A stretch of DNA of 64,000 nt from a virus. This document shows positions 55,340-64,000 of the stretch, piece after piece. The stretch lies in the IMG/VR virus record IMGVR_UViG_3300045988_159959, one strand, 5' to 3'. Position numbers and translations under genes: made by a program. The first letter of the stretch is position 1, and each line of letters begins with the position of its first letter. Under the pieces are notes generated by a model, which saw only the letters and a list, made by a program, of their open reading frames with translations, had not been told where the DNA came from and did no database searches.

Positions 55340-56983
55340 TTATCCGCGAATTAAGAAGCCTGTGAAGAACAACTTGTTGATTTCATTGTTCACAACGATC
55401 TTATAGGTTACAAACCAAGCATCTTCCTGTCTTGTAACAAGAACGTCTTTGAACGAAAGCAATAGGTTGTCCTGTGCCTCATTTGCCACTCTCGATTGCA
55501 AATAAGCAACCGTCCAGTCTTTCACCGCACCGGCAGACAATGTATTGACGTTTACACCGTTTTCCTGTCCCAACAAGTCAATAGAAGCGTTTACAACCAA
55601 TTCCTTGTTGATCTGGGCAACGATACGCATAAACTGAATACTGTGGCTCTGTCCGTTGGAATTGAACAACACTTTGTTGTCCTGCAAAGTGTTCACGCCC
55701 TGCAATACGACAAAGTTGTTCGTATAATCATTGTAAACCGTCACAAGCATACCAGCATTCAAAGCCTTTGTCTTTTCCGTATCGTTCAAAGTGTGCTTCA
55801 GTTTGTCAATACCGATTGTCTTGTTTGTAACCGGGATATAAGGCGGTTTTCCTGCCGTTCTACCCAAAATACAACACAAGTTATACATTACTCCCCACCA
55901 GCGTGTTTTGATACCTGTAATACCGGAAGTCATACCTGCACCACCATGTACCAACTGAACCAACTCACTGTTGAACCCTTTCGCCAAATCAAGTGATTTA
56001 GAGAAATTGGCGGCATCGTCATAACCTCCCACAAACAAGAAGTGGGTGTACTTAGCTTGACTATTCATATGAGCAATGTACTGTTTCTGCAATGCGGAAT
56101 CAGCATTTATACCGAACTGATCCATAAGAGCAAAGCTATAGTCCAAACCTGTAATTGCTTCCATAACTTTCGCCATGTTGTCAGTATTGTAAGTTTCAGT
56201 ACCGCCCTTTGCCAAGAAATAGGATTTACCAGCCAGTACAGTAGTAACGTCACTCTCAGATACCGTTCCTTCTCCTTGTACTTCCGCGTTTTCTGTCAAT
56301 ACAAACAGGTTAGCAAAATTAGAATCGGACTTAGCCCAATCAATCAAAGTGTTGATGTTATCAAATTCAGGTGACTGCAATACCAAAGTAGGTGCTGCTT
56401 GATCTTCCGGCGTTTCTCCAATAGGATAACCATCTTCTGCATATCCTGTGAAAGAACCGACATAGAATTTCATGATCCATTTTGCCGGATCATCTTCGCC
56501 CGTTACAATGGATGCACCATAACCGGTAATCAAATTGCCGGCTTCTGAAAGTTTACCGTTTGCACCCAAACCTTCATCCAACGTTTTTACTTCAAACGTA
56601 CCGCCGGAAGTGGTTGCAAAAGTAAGTGTTGCGGATGTAGTCTTTGCGGCTCTCACAAAAAGAAGCTGTGAAATACCAGTAGAAGCAGGGTTGGTATAAT
56701 CCGGTGTGAAAAGACCTTCTGCGATCTTCCAGAACATACCACCTTTCACGAAAGAACGGAACTCGGCAATAGTGTCAAACGTATAGACAGAATCCAATCC
56801 CTGAAAATTTTCTCCGTCTATACCTGAACCTCCACCCCAATTTGCACCATAAACACCCGTATCAATTATGATTGCCTTTCCGTAGTCCAGCGTACGAGAA
56901 GGGCTTGTTTCCGAGGTCGTAATTCTTGAATAAACACCCGGCAACGTAATTTGCTTATTATTGAAAATAAAAGATGTGGCCAT
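55340..56983 (-). CDS. contractile tail sheath protein (547 aa)
   Basis: N-terminal ...ITLPGVYSRI.. (sheath-like PGVY start). The size and the sheath-tube-chaperone-TMP gene order fit. Confidence 0.55.
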   Translation of the reverse strand: MATSFIFNNKQITLPGVYSRITTSETSPSRTLDYGKAIIIDTGVYGANWGGGSGIDGENFQGLDSVYTFDTIAEFRSFVKGGMFWKIAEGLFTPDYTNPASTGISQLLFVRAAKTTSATLTFATTSGGTFEVKTLDEGLGANGKLSEAGNLITGYGASIVTGEDDPAKWIMKFYVGSFTGYAEDGYPIGETPEDQAAPTLVLQSPEFDNINTLIDWAKSDSNFANLFVLTENAEVQGEGTVSESDVTTVLAGKSYFLAKGGTETYNTDNMAKVMEAITGLDYSFALMDQFGINADSALQKQYIAHMNSQAKYTHFLFVGGYDDAANFSKSLDLAKGFNSELVQLVHGGAGMTSGITGIKTRWWGVMYNLCCILGRTAGKPPYIPVTNKTIGIDKLKHTLNDTEKTKALNAGMLVTVYNDYTNNFVVLQGVNTLQDNKVLFNSNGQSHSIQFMRIVAQINKELVVNASIDLLGQENGVNVNTLSAGAVKDWTVAYLQSRVANEAQDNLLLSFKDVLVTRQEDAWFVTYKIVVNNEINKLFFTGFLIRG

Positions 56984-56996
56984 AATTTATTAATTA

Positions 56997-57971
56997 TCAA
57001 TTGTTTATATCGAATTTATGTAACTTTATTTTATTTATCCTCTCCAAATAGTCGGAAGGTAATGTTGACCTCTTTTCCATATTTTCATACTCCCACAATG
57101 GTTGAAGATTCAAATAATGGTTAGCAATAGACATACCTTCTTCTATATTGTCTCTATATTCTTGACAAAAATAAGACAAAGGTATGATATGGTCAATATT
57201 CCACTTCCCCTTTCCATTGCCTCTATTCTCCCAAGTCATACCATCTTTAAATTGAGACTCAATATGAATAATTAAGTCGGGAATAGAGCAACCAAGAAAA
57301 TCAAGATTTCTTTTCCATCCGTACAAGAAATATTCTCGAATAGAATCTCTTAATTTTTTCAAATATTTCTGCTTCGTTTTAAAAACAATATCTGTTTCTA
57401 ATTTATTTTGTTTCCATTGTTTCAAACGCCCACTAAGCCTATATTCTATATGCAGTTGCTTATAATAATCCTTTTTGTCTTTATAAGTCTCTTTTGCTTG
57501 TTTTGAACGGCATTCCTTACAAATACAGTCAAATCCCGTACTCGACGTTCTATGGACATAAAACTTACTTCTTTCCTTTTCTTCCCCACAAACAGAGCAT
57601 ACTATCTTGCCTTCATAAGAAAGTTCTCTATTTCTTTCTCTATTTTTATCTCTACTTTCAGCAGCACTTTTGTTAGCGCACTCCTTACAATACCCAGATC
57701 GTCCGTCTACATGAGTTTTGCTTTTTCCAAAATTATCAATAGAAAGCTCTCTACCACAACAAGAACAAACTTTAAACTCTTTAATTATCCTTTCTTCTAA
57801 AGGAATATTTTTTATGACAGACAATCTTTTGCTTTTCTTCAAGTCAGCACATTTCTTGCAATAGCAATTCAACCCATCCGGTTGGTTCTTTTTCTTATAG
57901 AACTCACTGATAGGCAATTCTTGTCGACAACAAGAACAAACTTTTGTCCCTTTTTGAAAGTCTGCTTTCAT
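56997..57971 (-). CDS. free-standing HNH endonuclease with three N-terminal zinc-ribbon repeats (324 aa)
   Basis: Three repeats of CSCC(R/G)xEL.I..F.K......G....CK(K/E)C. C-terminal KGKWNIDHIIPLSYF...NHYLNLQPLWEYENMEKRS (HNH/N pattern). Confidence 0.7.
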   Translation of the reverse strand: MKADFQKGTKVCSCCRQELPISEFYKKKNQPDGLNCYCKKCADLKKSKRLSVIKNIPLEERIIKEFKVCSCCGRELSIDNFGKSKTHVDGRSGYCKECANKSAAESRDKNRERNRELSYEGKIVCSVCGEEKERSKFYVHRTSSTGFDCICKECRSKQAKETYKDKKDYYKQLHIEYRLSGRLKQWKQNKLETDIVFKTKQKYLKKLRDSIREYFLYGWKRNLDFLGCSIPDLIIHIESQFKDGMTWENRGNGKGKWNIDHIIPLSYFCQEYRDNIEEGMSIANHYLNLQPLWEYENMEKRSTLPSDYLERINKIKLHKFDINN

Positions 57972-58020
57972 ATTGTACCAAAATTACACCTTCAAAGGTA
58001 ATCATTTTTCAATCAACGAA

Positions 58021-58719
58021 CTATCTGAACCCCACAATTTCTGATTCTACACCTGGAAGTCCGTCAATAGAAGTCGGGTCACCAAGAGCAATGCTATCCA
58101 CTTGATTCACTTTCCCAAAGATGATCTTTCCGAGTAAAGACGTATCCACCAATCCCGGTACTATTTCTTCTGACGATAAATCAAGTCCGATAGAACGAAT
58201 GAAAATAGGTGTCGGCATCAGATTGTTTTGCATCATAAGCTCCTTCATGGTAAATTCTATTTTAAGGAACTGTGAAGCTAAAGTATCCCAAGAGCCAAGT
58301 AGTAATGCGTACAGAATCTCTGACATCAGGATTGATTCATTCATGTTTACAGAAAAGCACATGATTTCCAATCCGTACTGCCTTGTGTCCCTATACATAG
58401 GAACGCCACCCATAAAAGATTCTATTTTACCTATAGAATTGGCGATACCACCTGTCTTTCCGGGTTCCCGAATAACGTATGCTGGCAATCCTGTTTTGTC
58501 TTTCGGATATTCCAAAACTACCTTTATATTGTTCGGGTTTGTTTCTTTTCTTAAAAAGATATTTTTTGCTTGTTCATAATAATTGAAAGAGCCGTCCTGT
58601 GTATCTCCCAATACTTTATACAAGAAAGAATCTTTTTCGTTTTCCTTGCTTTCGAAGTCCGTTTGTACATATTCCAAACAGGCTTCCACTATCTTTTTTA
58701 TTTTGACTATCTGTAACAT
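58021..58719 (-). CDS. hypothetical neck/head-completion region protein (232 aa)
   Basis: Track ORF between the capsid and sheath genes. Confidence 0.5.
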   Translation of the reverse strand: MLQIVKIKKIVEACLEYVQTDFESKENEKDSFLYKVLGDTQDGSFNYYEQAKNIFLRKETNPNNIKVVLEYPKDKTGLPAYVIREPGKTGGIANSIGKIESFMGGVPMYRDTRQYGLEIMCFSVNMNESILMSEILYALLLGSWDTLASQFLKIEFTMKELMMQNNLMPTPIFIRSIGLDLSSEEIVPGLVDTSLLGKIIFGKVNQVDSIALGDPTSIDGLPGVESEIVGFR

Positions 58720-58721
58720 CG

Positions 58722-59489
58722 TTACATCGCATTTAAAAATTGATCAATCACTTTATCTGCAACAACATCTATCTTTGCTTGTTCAAGAGCTTTGTCCATA
58801 AGTTTATATGGAACAATGCCACCATTCCACCAACTATTAGGATCAGAGTTTTCACTTACCCTTCTCCATGTAAAGTAACCGCTTCTCTTTTCTTTTTCAG
58901 TAGAAGCAATATTTACTTTAGTTAGACCCTGATAAATAGGAGCTTTGTGCATGTAAGCAGGTTTATTTACACCCAGCCTATTTATTGCTTTTCTTTGTCC
59001 TTTTTCAGAAAAACTTTCTGGTAAATTACCGCTTCCTAATCTTCCTGTCTTCTGAACTGCGTTATAAATTTGTTGCGGCATTATAGAAGCAAACAATCCC
59101 GAATCCGCTACAGCTTCCGGTGTTGCATGTCTAAAGGGAATATCTATATACCAACCTCCATCCTGCGCTGTTTTCTTTTTTGGGGAATTTCTAAAACCTT
59201 CCTTTTCATCAAAAGGCGGCTGTCCTTCTTCTATCATCAAAGGAATAGAAGAAGCCCTGTTTGTCAACCCGAATGTAACCGACAAAGGGGATTCTCTTTC
59301 AATGAAAACTCCCCTTTTATACTCATTTCTTGTAGTACGAAGTTCCCGGCTTATCAGATTTTCCCACCTAAGCTGATATTCAGTTATAACAGCATCTATA
59401 ATAGAAGCACCTAAAAACGTAGATTGATCCTGTGAAAGATCAAATTCTTCCACCAAATCACTTAAATCTATGTTGATAGGCACTATCAT
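58722..59489 (-). CDS. hypothetical neck/head-completion region protein (255 aa)
   Basis: Track ORF with a 2-nt gap to the downstream gene. Confidence 0.5.
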   Translation of the reverse strand: MIVPINIDLSDLVEEFDLSQDQSTFLGASIIDAVITEYQLRWENLISRELRTTRNEYKRGVFIERESPLSVTFGLTNRASSIPLMIEEGQPPFDEKEGFRNSPKKKTAQDGGWYIDIPFRHATPEAVADSGLFASIMPQQIYNAVQKTGRLGSGNLPESFSEKGQRKAINRLGVNKPAYMHKAPIYQGLTKVNIASTEKEKRSGYFTWRRVSENSDPNSWWNGGIVPYKLMDKALEQAKIDVVADKVIDQFLNAM

Positions 59490-60280
59490 TACTCACTCAC
59501 TTTCATCTGAATATTGTCGTTCAAAATAACTCCCGATCCATCAAAATTAGGTTTTTCAGACACAATCAAATGCGTTCTCCTTGCCACCGCTTGAATAGGG
59601 AGCCTTGTTCTTTCCAATTGTCCCGTTTCCTTGTTTTTCTTCCAAGAAGCCCGGACTTCATGAGGAAAGTCCAGTACATGAAATTCCAATTGATGTTGGT
59701 AATAAATACTTACAACCGGATTTAAGGACATATCAGCCGTCAAAATTACGCAATAAGGGTTTGTATCACTTATCTTATAATCTGCCGGAGAAAGCTGTCT
59801 CAAAGGCTCTGTAGACGATTCAAACACATGTATGCTATAAATGCTCAATGGTTTGTAAGTCGTAAACACAAAAAAGTTCTCCCCATCCGTTCTTACAGGC
59901 AAATTTTCGCTAAAATAAGAGAACTCTTTTAAAATTGTGATCCGGTCAAAATACCCTAAATTGGGTTTATCAACATCTGTTACTGTTATGTTAATTGTCC
60001 CTATCAGTTCTTCCGACCAACGTTTGTAACTATTATCCCCGTTTATGCCGGTTATAAGAGCATGAGTGTTTGTAGGGTTGATATAGAAATAACCTGTACC
60101 AAAACAATTCTGGCAATCCACTAAAGGCGCATCCGGTGCATTACAAGGACATCTTAACGCCTTTTCCAATATCACCTCATACCCTTTCAAATAAACGGCA
60201 GAATCAAACTCTGAACGTATAAATTCAGGACTTGCATTACTCAAAGGCGGAACCGGTGTTTGTAAAATGCTCTTTGACAT
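59489..60280 (-). CDS. hypothetical neck/head-completion region protein (263 aa)
   Basis: Track ORF with a 1-nt overlap with the downstream gene. Confidence 0.5.
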   Translation of the reverse strand: MSKSILQTPVPPLSNASPEFIRSEFDSAVYLKGYEVILEKALRCPCNAPDAPLVDCQNCFGTGYFYINPTNTHALITGINGDNSYKRWSEELIGTINITVTDVDKPNLGYFDRITILKEFSYFSENLPVRTDGENFFVFTTYKPLSIYSIHVFESSTEPLRQLSPADYKISDTNPYCVILTADMSLNPVVSIYYQHQLEFHVLDFPHEVRASWKKNKETGQLERTRLPIQAVARRTHLIVSEKPNFDGSGVILNDNIQMKVSE

Positions 60281-60291
60281 GATTCACCTCC

Positions 60292-61098
60292 TTATAATAC
60301 TAAAAGCCTAAATTCATCGTACACAAGTTTTATCCGCCCTACAGTTTCCTCTATTTCTTTTTGATACTGTTTCAAGCGTGCCCCGTAACCTGCATTTTCA
60401 GCAGAAGCGGTAGAGTTGATAGATTGTCTTAATCCATCTATTTCCAAGTGCATAGAAGCTATACCGGGTAAACTGAATATCATATCTCCGGCAATATTAA
60501 GCGGGCCAAATGAAGCAAGTTTACCAACAAGATTAATCAAATCGGCAGGCATTTTATCCAAATCAAAACCGGTTATATATTGAATGTCCCAATAGTCCGG
60601 TATGTTTGTAAACCGTTGAAAGCCTATCTGCGTAGTCATTCCGGTAAGGATAACATCTGCATTTGCATTAACCGAATTTGCACCGGTAGGAACGACACTC
60701 ATTCTTCGTTTCCCTATCCCGTCCATATCTTTCTCACAACTAAGCCAACCTTGCGGGTAAATAATCTGCTCCATCTTATTAAGCATACCTGTAAGTGCAA
60801 GCGGAACCCTTACCGGACAGTTAGTTTGAATGATAGGAAATTGCTGGAAATAATCTGTTCTGTAATAAGAATGCGTTTCCGATTCAACTAATTGCTTTAC
60901 AAATTTGAGATTAAAATAATTCTCGATCTCTCTCTGTGCAGCACTCAAATAAGTTCTAAGTGATTCATCAGAAAAAGAAGTCCCCGTACCGGCTTGTATA
61001 GCGATACCGTACAGGTAATTGTTCCACATCTCCGCAACGGAAATAACAGAACCCGTATTTTTCTTATACTTTACTGTAAAAATCAGTTGTCCCGGCAT
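60292..61098 (-). CDS. hypothetical neck/head-completion region protein (268 aa)
   Basis: Track ORF, co-directional. Confidence 0.5.
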   Translation of the reverse strand: MPGQLIFTVKYKKNTGSVISVAEMWNNYLYGIAIQAGTGTSFSDESLRTYLSAAQREIENYFNLKFVKQLVESETHSYYRTDYFQQFPIIQTNCPVRVPLALTGMLNKMEQIIYPQGWLSCEKDMDGIGKRRMSVVPTGANSVNANADVILTGMTTQIGFQRFTNIPDYWDIQYITGFDLDKMPADLINLVGKLASFGPLNIAGDMIFSLPGIASMHLEIDGLRQSINSTASAENAGYGARLKQYQKEIEETVGRIKLVYDEFRLLVL

Positions 61099-61113
61099 AG
61101 CTCAAATATCTTT

Positions 61114-61677
61114 TTACTTTTTGGGTAACGCAATTATAGCATCAATCAGTTCGTCTTTCTGATCTTCTTCTTTGAATCTTCCGGCTTTCTGCTTGCTCAT
61201 TCCGTTTTCAATAGCAAGTGCCTTCAAATCATCAAAAGTCATTTTAGACATATCTTCCTTTAAGGAAGCAATTTCTTCTTCGGTTGCTGTGTTTTCTCCG
61301 ACGGCGTCTTCCACAATTTCCTTCGGCTGTCCGCCATTAGACAATCTTTCAACCTCTTTTTTCCACACATTCAAAGACTGTTCCAACTGTTCAATCTTTT
61401 TGTTCTTGTCTTTGATGATACCGTTCAAACGAGCAATTTCAAACTCATATTCTTCTTTCAGAACTTTAAGAGCTTCATCGGTATCTTTTTCAGCTTCCGT
61501 TTTTTCTTTTTCAAGTTTTTCCGCTTCTTCTTCCAAAGCAATACCGGGGAAACCACCATTTTTGATGTATTCCCAAGTTTCATCCTTTACTTCGGCTTTC
61601 CCGTTTTCAAACTCCACAAGTTCATTCAAAAACTGAATGGTAGTGTTTTTATATACTGTTGATACAATCTTTTTCAT
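61114..61677 (-). CDS. hypothetical coiled-coil protein (187 aa)
   Basis: Track ORF. E/K-rich heptad-like middle (EEAEKLEKEKTEAEKDTDEALKVLKEEYEFEIARL). Confidence 0.5.
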   Translation of the reverse strand: MKKIVSTVYKNTTIQFLNELVEFENGKAEVKDETWEYIKNGGFPGIALEEEAEKLEKEKTEAEKDTDEALKVLKEEYEFEIARLNGIIKDKNKKIEQLEQSLNVWKKEVERLSNGGQPKEIVEDAVGENTATEEEIASLKEDMSKMTFDDLKALAIENGMSKQKAGRFKEEDQKDELIDAIIALPKK

Positions 61678-61706
61678 ACGAAATATAATTATTGATAAAT
61701 AAAATA

Positions 61707-61739
61707 GGGAAGGAAGGCGTTATAAAACCTTTCCTTCCC
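61707..61739 (-). terminator. terminator after the major capsid gene
   Basis: GGGAAGGAAGG...CCTTTCCTTCCC (11-12-bp stem with one bulge). On the minus strand it is followed by TATTTTATTTAT. Confidence 0.6.
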
Positions 61740-61765
61740 TTATTAATTTGCCAAGACAACTGTCT

Positions 61766-63301
61766 TTAAGCACCCAAACCTTCGTCACCGATATTGATAA
61801 TACGGCAAATCTTAGCCGGCTGATACAAACACGGCGTACCGTAGTTCAAGATAGCGAATCTACGAGACGGTGCAGTGATAGCAAAGTCAAGTTTGCGAGT
61901 GTCACCGAACTGCAAGTATTCGTTGATCTCACTGTCGTTGTAGTAAATCAAAGCAGACTTCGTACCTGCAATGATACGGTTACGGTCACGAACCTTACCG
62001 GCATCAGCACCATCATATCCAGCAGTCAACATAGAAGCCGGGATAGTGAAGATAGGATAGTATTCTGTCGTGTCGGTCAAAGCAGTTACTTCCTTGGTAC
62101 GATAGATAACGTAGCAAGTAGGAGCATAAGCACCACCAACCGGAGCGGTAAACTGCAAATCAACAGACTGATTAGCTGCAACTGCCAAAGCAGTATCCGT
62201 CAATTTCAAAGGAGCAGATTCACCATAACGGTTCTTAGCTGTTACCAAGTAGCCATAAGAGCCGGCATGTAATACGAAGTTGGTCTTTGCATCGGCAACA
62301 ACGGCAGACTTGGTAGCACCGGCAACAGGAACGCCCGGAGCCTTCGGAGAAGAAGCTGTAGCAGAAGCCTTGATCGGACGGCGAACATCAAAGAACTTGT
62401 CGCTCTTAACAGAAACCTTACCGAACTGCGTCATGATGTCGTTTACAGACTGTCCCATTGTTGCGCCTACAACGCTGTTAGACATACCGACAACAACACG
62501 TTTTGATTCATGGAATTTCTTCACATAGTTGTTGAATACAACCGGTGCAGAAACGATACGGTCAATATAACCGTTATAAACGTTTACAACGCGATCGGCA
62601 GCATCTTCAACCAAAACATCTGTCAAGATACCGTTCTGTGCGTCAATTACAGCCGGAGAGCCATAATAAGCATCCAAAATCTGTTCTGTGCTCATACCTT
62701 CCGTAGAACCACGGTCAGTAGAAGCTACACCCATCATGTGCTGACGGAAGATACCATCAAACTGTTCTGTAATACAAGTAGAATCAGCATCCGTCAAGCG
62801 AGTGTCAATCAAAGTCAAAAGCAAAGTGGTCTTGTTCTGTACCTCACGAGTGTACATATTCATACCACCAGCAAGTTTAGCAAGCATAGCCGGATCAGTT
62901 ACCTGACCTGTAACGCCCATAAACTTAGAGATGATTGATTTACGGATGTATTGAGTATCTGTTTCTTCCGGTGTTTCACCTTCAAGATTGAAGATACCAA
63001 TTTCTTCACCATATTTGTACAACTGGTTGTACTGGTGAACCGTATTTTCAATTCTCTGTTTCGGCATTTCGTTATAAACAACCAACTGGTTCAAACGGTT
63101 AGCCAAAACCTTAATGTAAGCATCCAAAGATTCAACTTTCAGACCACCACCATTGTTGATCTGATTGTCATATTGCATACCGGTCTGCAAACCGGCTTCC
63201 ATTGCTTTCAGCACATCAGCAGTATTGTCAGCACCACCAAAAGCAGCCAAATCGTTATAATTGTACAAATCCATTGTTCTATAATGTTTTATATTTTTCA
63301 A
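61766..63301 (-). CDS. major capsid protein (511 aa)
   Basis: A large ORF directly after the scaffold-like gene and followed by a strong terminator. The call is positional, with only weak recollected similarity to SU10-type capsid proteins. Confidence 0.5.
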   Translation of the reverse strand: MKNIKHYRTMDLYNYNDLAAFGGADNTADVLKAMEAGLQTGMQYDNQINNGGGLKVESLDAYIKVLANRLNQLVVYNEMPKQRIENTVHQYNQLYKYGEEIGIFNLEGETPEETDTQYIRKSIISKFMGVTGQVTDPAMLAKLAGGMNMYTREVQNKTTLLLTLIDTRLTDADSTCITEQFDGIFRQHMMGVASTDRGSTEGMSTEQILDAYYGSPAVIDAQNGILTDVLVEDAADRVVNVYNGYIDRIVSAPVVFNNYVKKFHESKRVVVGMSNSVVGATMGQSVNDIMTQFGKVSVKSDKFFDVRRPIKASATASSPKAPGVPVAGATKSAVVADAKTNFVLHAGSYGYLVTAKNRYGESAPLKLTDTALAVAANQSVDLQFTAPVGGAYAPTCYVIYRTKEVTALTDTTEYYPIFTIPASMLTAGYDGADAGKVRDRNRIIAGTKSALIYYNDSEINEYLQFGDTRKLDFAITAPSRRFAILNYGTPCLYQPAKICRIINIGDEGLGA

Positions 63302-63313
63302 TCGAAATATTCC

Positions 63314-64000
63314 TTACTTCTGGAGCTTGATATTGTACTTTTCGTACATGAATTTTGCCAAATCCTTACCTACCGTATCGGCTTCAGTATTTGCCAAGAA
63401 AACCAAAGCATCGTCACCGATTGACTTTTCAAGTTCCTCTCCGGCATTTTCAATAGCCTTGTTGATAGCAGCCATCACTAAAGGACGTTGTTTTGTAACA
63501 GAAAGAAGTGTCTTGCCTTCTTCGTCAACTTCCGGCTTCATTGCTTTTTCCAAAACAGCGGAAGTCTGAACGCCTTTGAAAGAAGGTGTCTGTGCGCCAA
63601 AAGATTCCAAAGATTTTTCAATGTTGCCAAAACGTTCGTTCATGACTTCTGTCATACCCTTAACGATGTTAGCAGCCAAAGAAGCACCGAAAGCCTTCAT
63701 ATCATCCATAGAGAAAGATTTCTCAACCTTATCCTCTTTTTCTTTGATATCTTCTTTCAAATCCTTCTTGTCTTTTTCATCTTCTTTTTCGTCCTTTTTC
63801 AAATCGTCAATGTGCTTTTTGTCATTTTCGATATTCTTATCCTCTTTCTTTTCAGATTCTTTCATATCGGCAACACTTTTCGATTTTTCAAAAGTCACAT
63901 CTCCGTTCGCTACCATAGTAGCGATATCTTCTGCACTGAAACCAGAATTTTCAAGTGCCTTGTATAACGGATCGTCTTTAAATTCTTTTACGTCTACCAT
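63314..64000 (-). CDS. scaffolding-like acidic coiled-coil protein (228 aa; its ATG is the last 3 nt of the window, so the 5' extent is uncertain)
   Basis: K/E/D-rich run KKEDKNIENDKKHIDDLKKDEKEDEKDKKDLKEDIKEKEDK. Immediately upstream of the capsid gene. Confidence 0.4.
   Translation of the reverse strand: MVDVKEFKDDPLYKALENSGFSAEDIATMVANGDVTFEKSKSVADMKESEKKEDKNIENDKKHIDDLKKDEKEDEKDKKDLKEDIKEKEDKVEKSFSMDDMKAFGASLAANIVKGMTEVMNERFGNIEKSLESFGAQTPSFKGVQTSAVLEKAMKPEVDEEGKTLLSVTKQRPLVMAAINKAIENAGEELEKSIGDDALVFLANTEADTVGKDLAKFMYEKYNIKLQK

Noticed and set aside
1-64000. tRNA, rRNA or tmRNA genes
   Set aside because: Intergenic gaps are short (mostly under 110 nt; the longest are 309, 223 and 213 nt). 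They are accounted for by hairpin terminators, promoter-like motifs or the IscB leader. I saw no cloverleaf-like arrangement, but I could not run a tRNA scanner.

Overview
This window is a contiguous piece of a large, AT-rich, contractile-tailed dsDNA phage genome. The host is probably Bacteroidota; that is an inference from TTTG/TAnnTTTG-type promoter matches, a BspA-type LRR fibre tip, CarboxypepD_reg-like and DUF1566-like fibre modules, and little Shine-Dalgarno use. Almost every gene is on the minus strand. Read in transcription order (64000 down to 1): scaffold-like protein, major capsid, neck proteins, HNH endonuclease, tail sheath, tail tube, a two-gene accessory island, chaperone-like ORFs, tape measure, baseplate/spike, a 2859-aa baseplate-J/fibre fusion, further fibre proteins including a 2014-aa fibre, small unknown genes, DnaQ-like exonuclease, large terminase, DnaB helicase, primase, MazG, a Pol III alpha (DnaE) gene in two pieces, gp32-like SSB, Mre11/SbcD-like and Rad50/SbcC-like proteins, RecA, a RuvC-like resolvase and a partial NAD-dependent ligase. 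Main findings: (1) A compact IscB (Cas9-ancestor, OMEGA-type RNA-guided nuclease) with a 309-nt structured upstream non-coding region (candidate omega-RNA) sits inside the DnaE gene. It splits DnaE between the FERFL motif and the palm DIDTD catalytic motif, and no TnpA transposase is present in the window. (2) Perfect 48-bp inverted repeats at 36003-36050 and 37606-37653 flank a 1.55-kb segment. That segment holds the current C-terminal tip of the 2859-aa fibre and, on the plus strand, the only plus-strand gene: a promoter-less, in-frame alternative tip. This looks like a Mu G-segment-like invertible host-range switch, but no invertase is visible. (3) Three inteins interrupt three essential genes: a class 3 (WCT) mini-intein in the Rad50-like P-loop, an HNH intein in DnaE and a LAGLIDADG intein in the TerL P-loop. 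Two free-standing HNH genes are also present. I saw no rRNA, tRNA or CRISPR array. All calls come from reading the translations and sequence by eye; no database search was possible.
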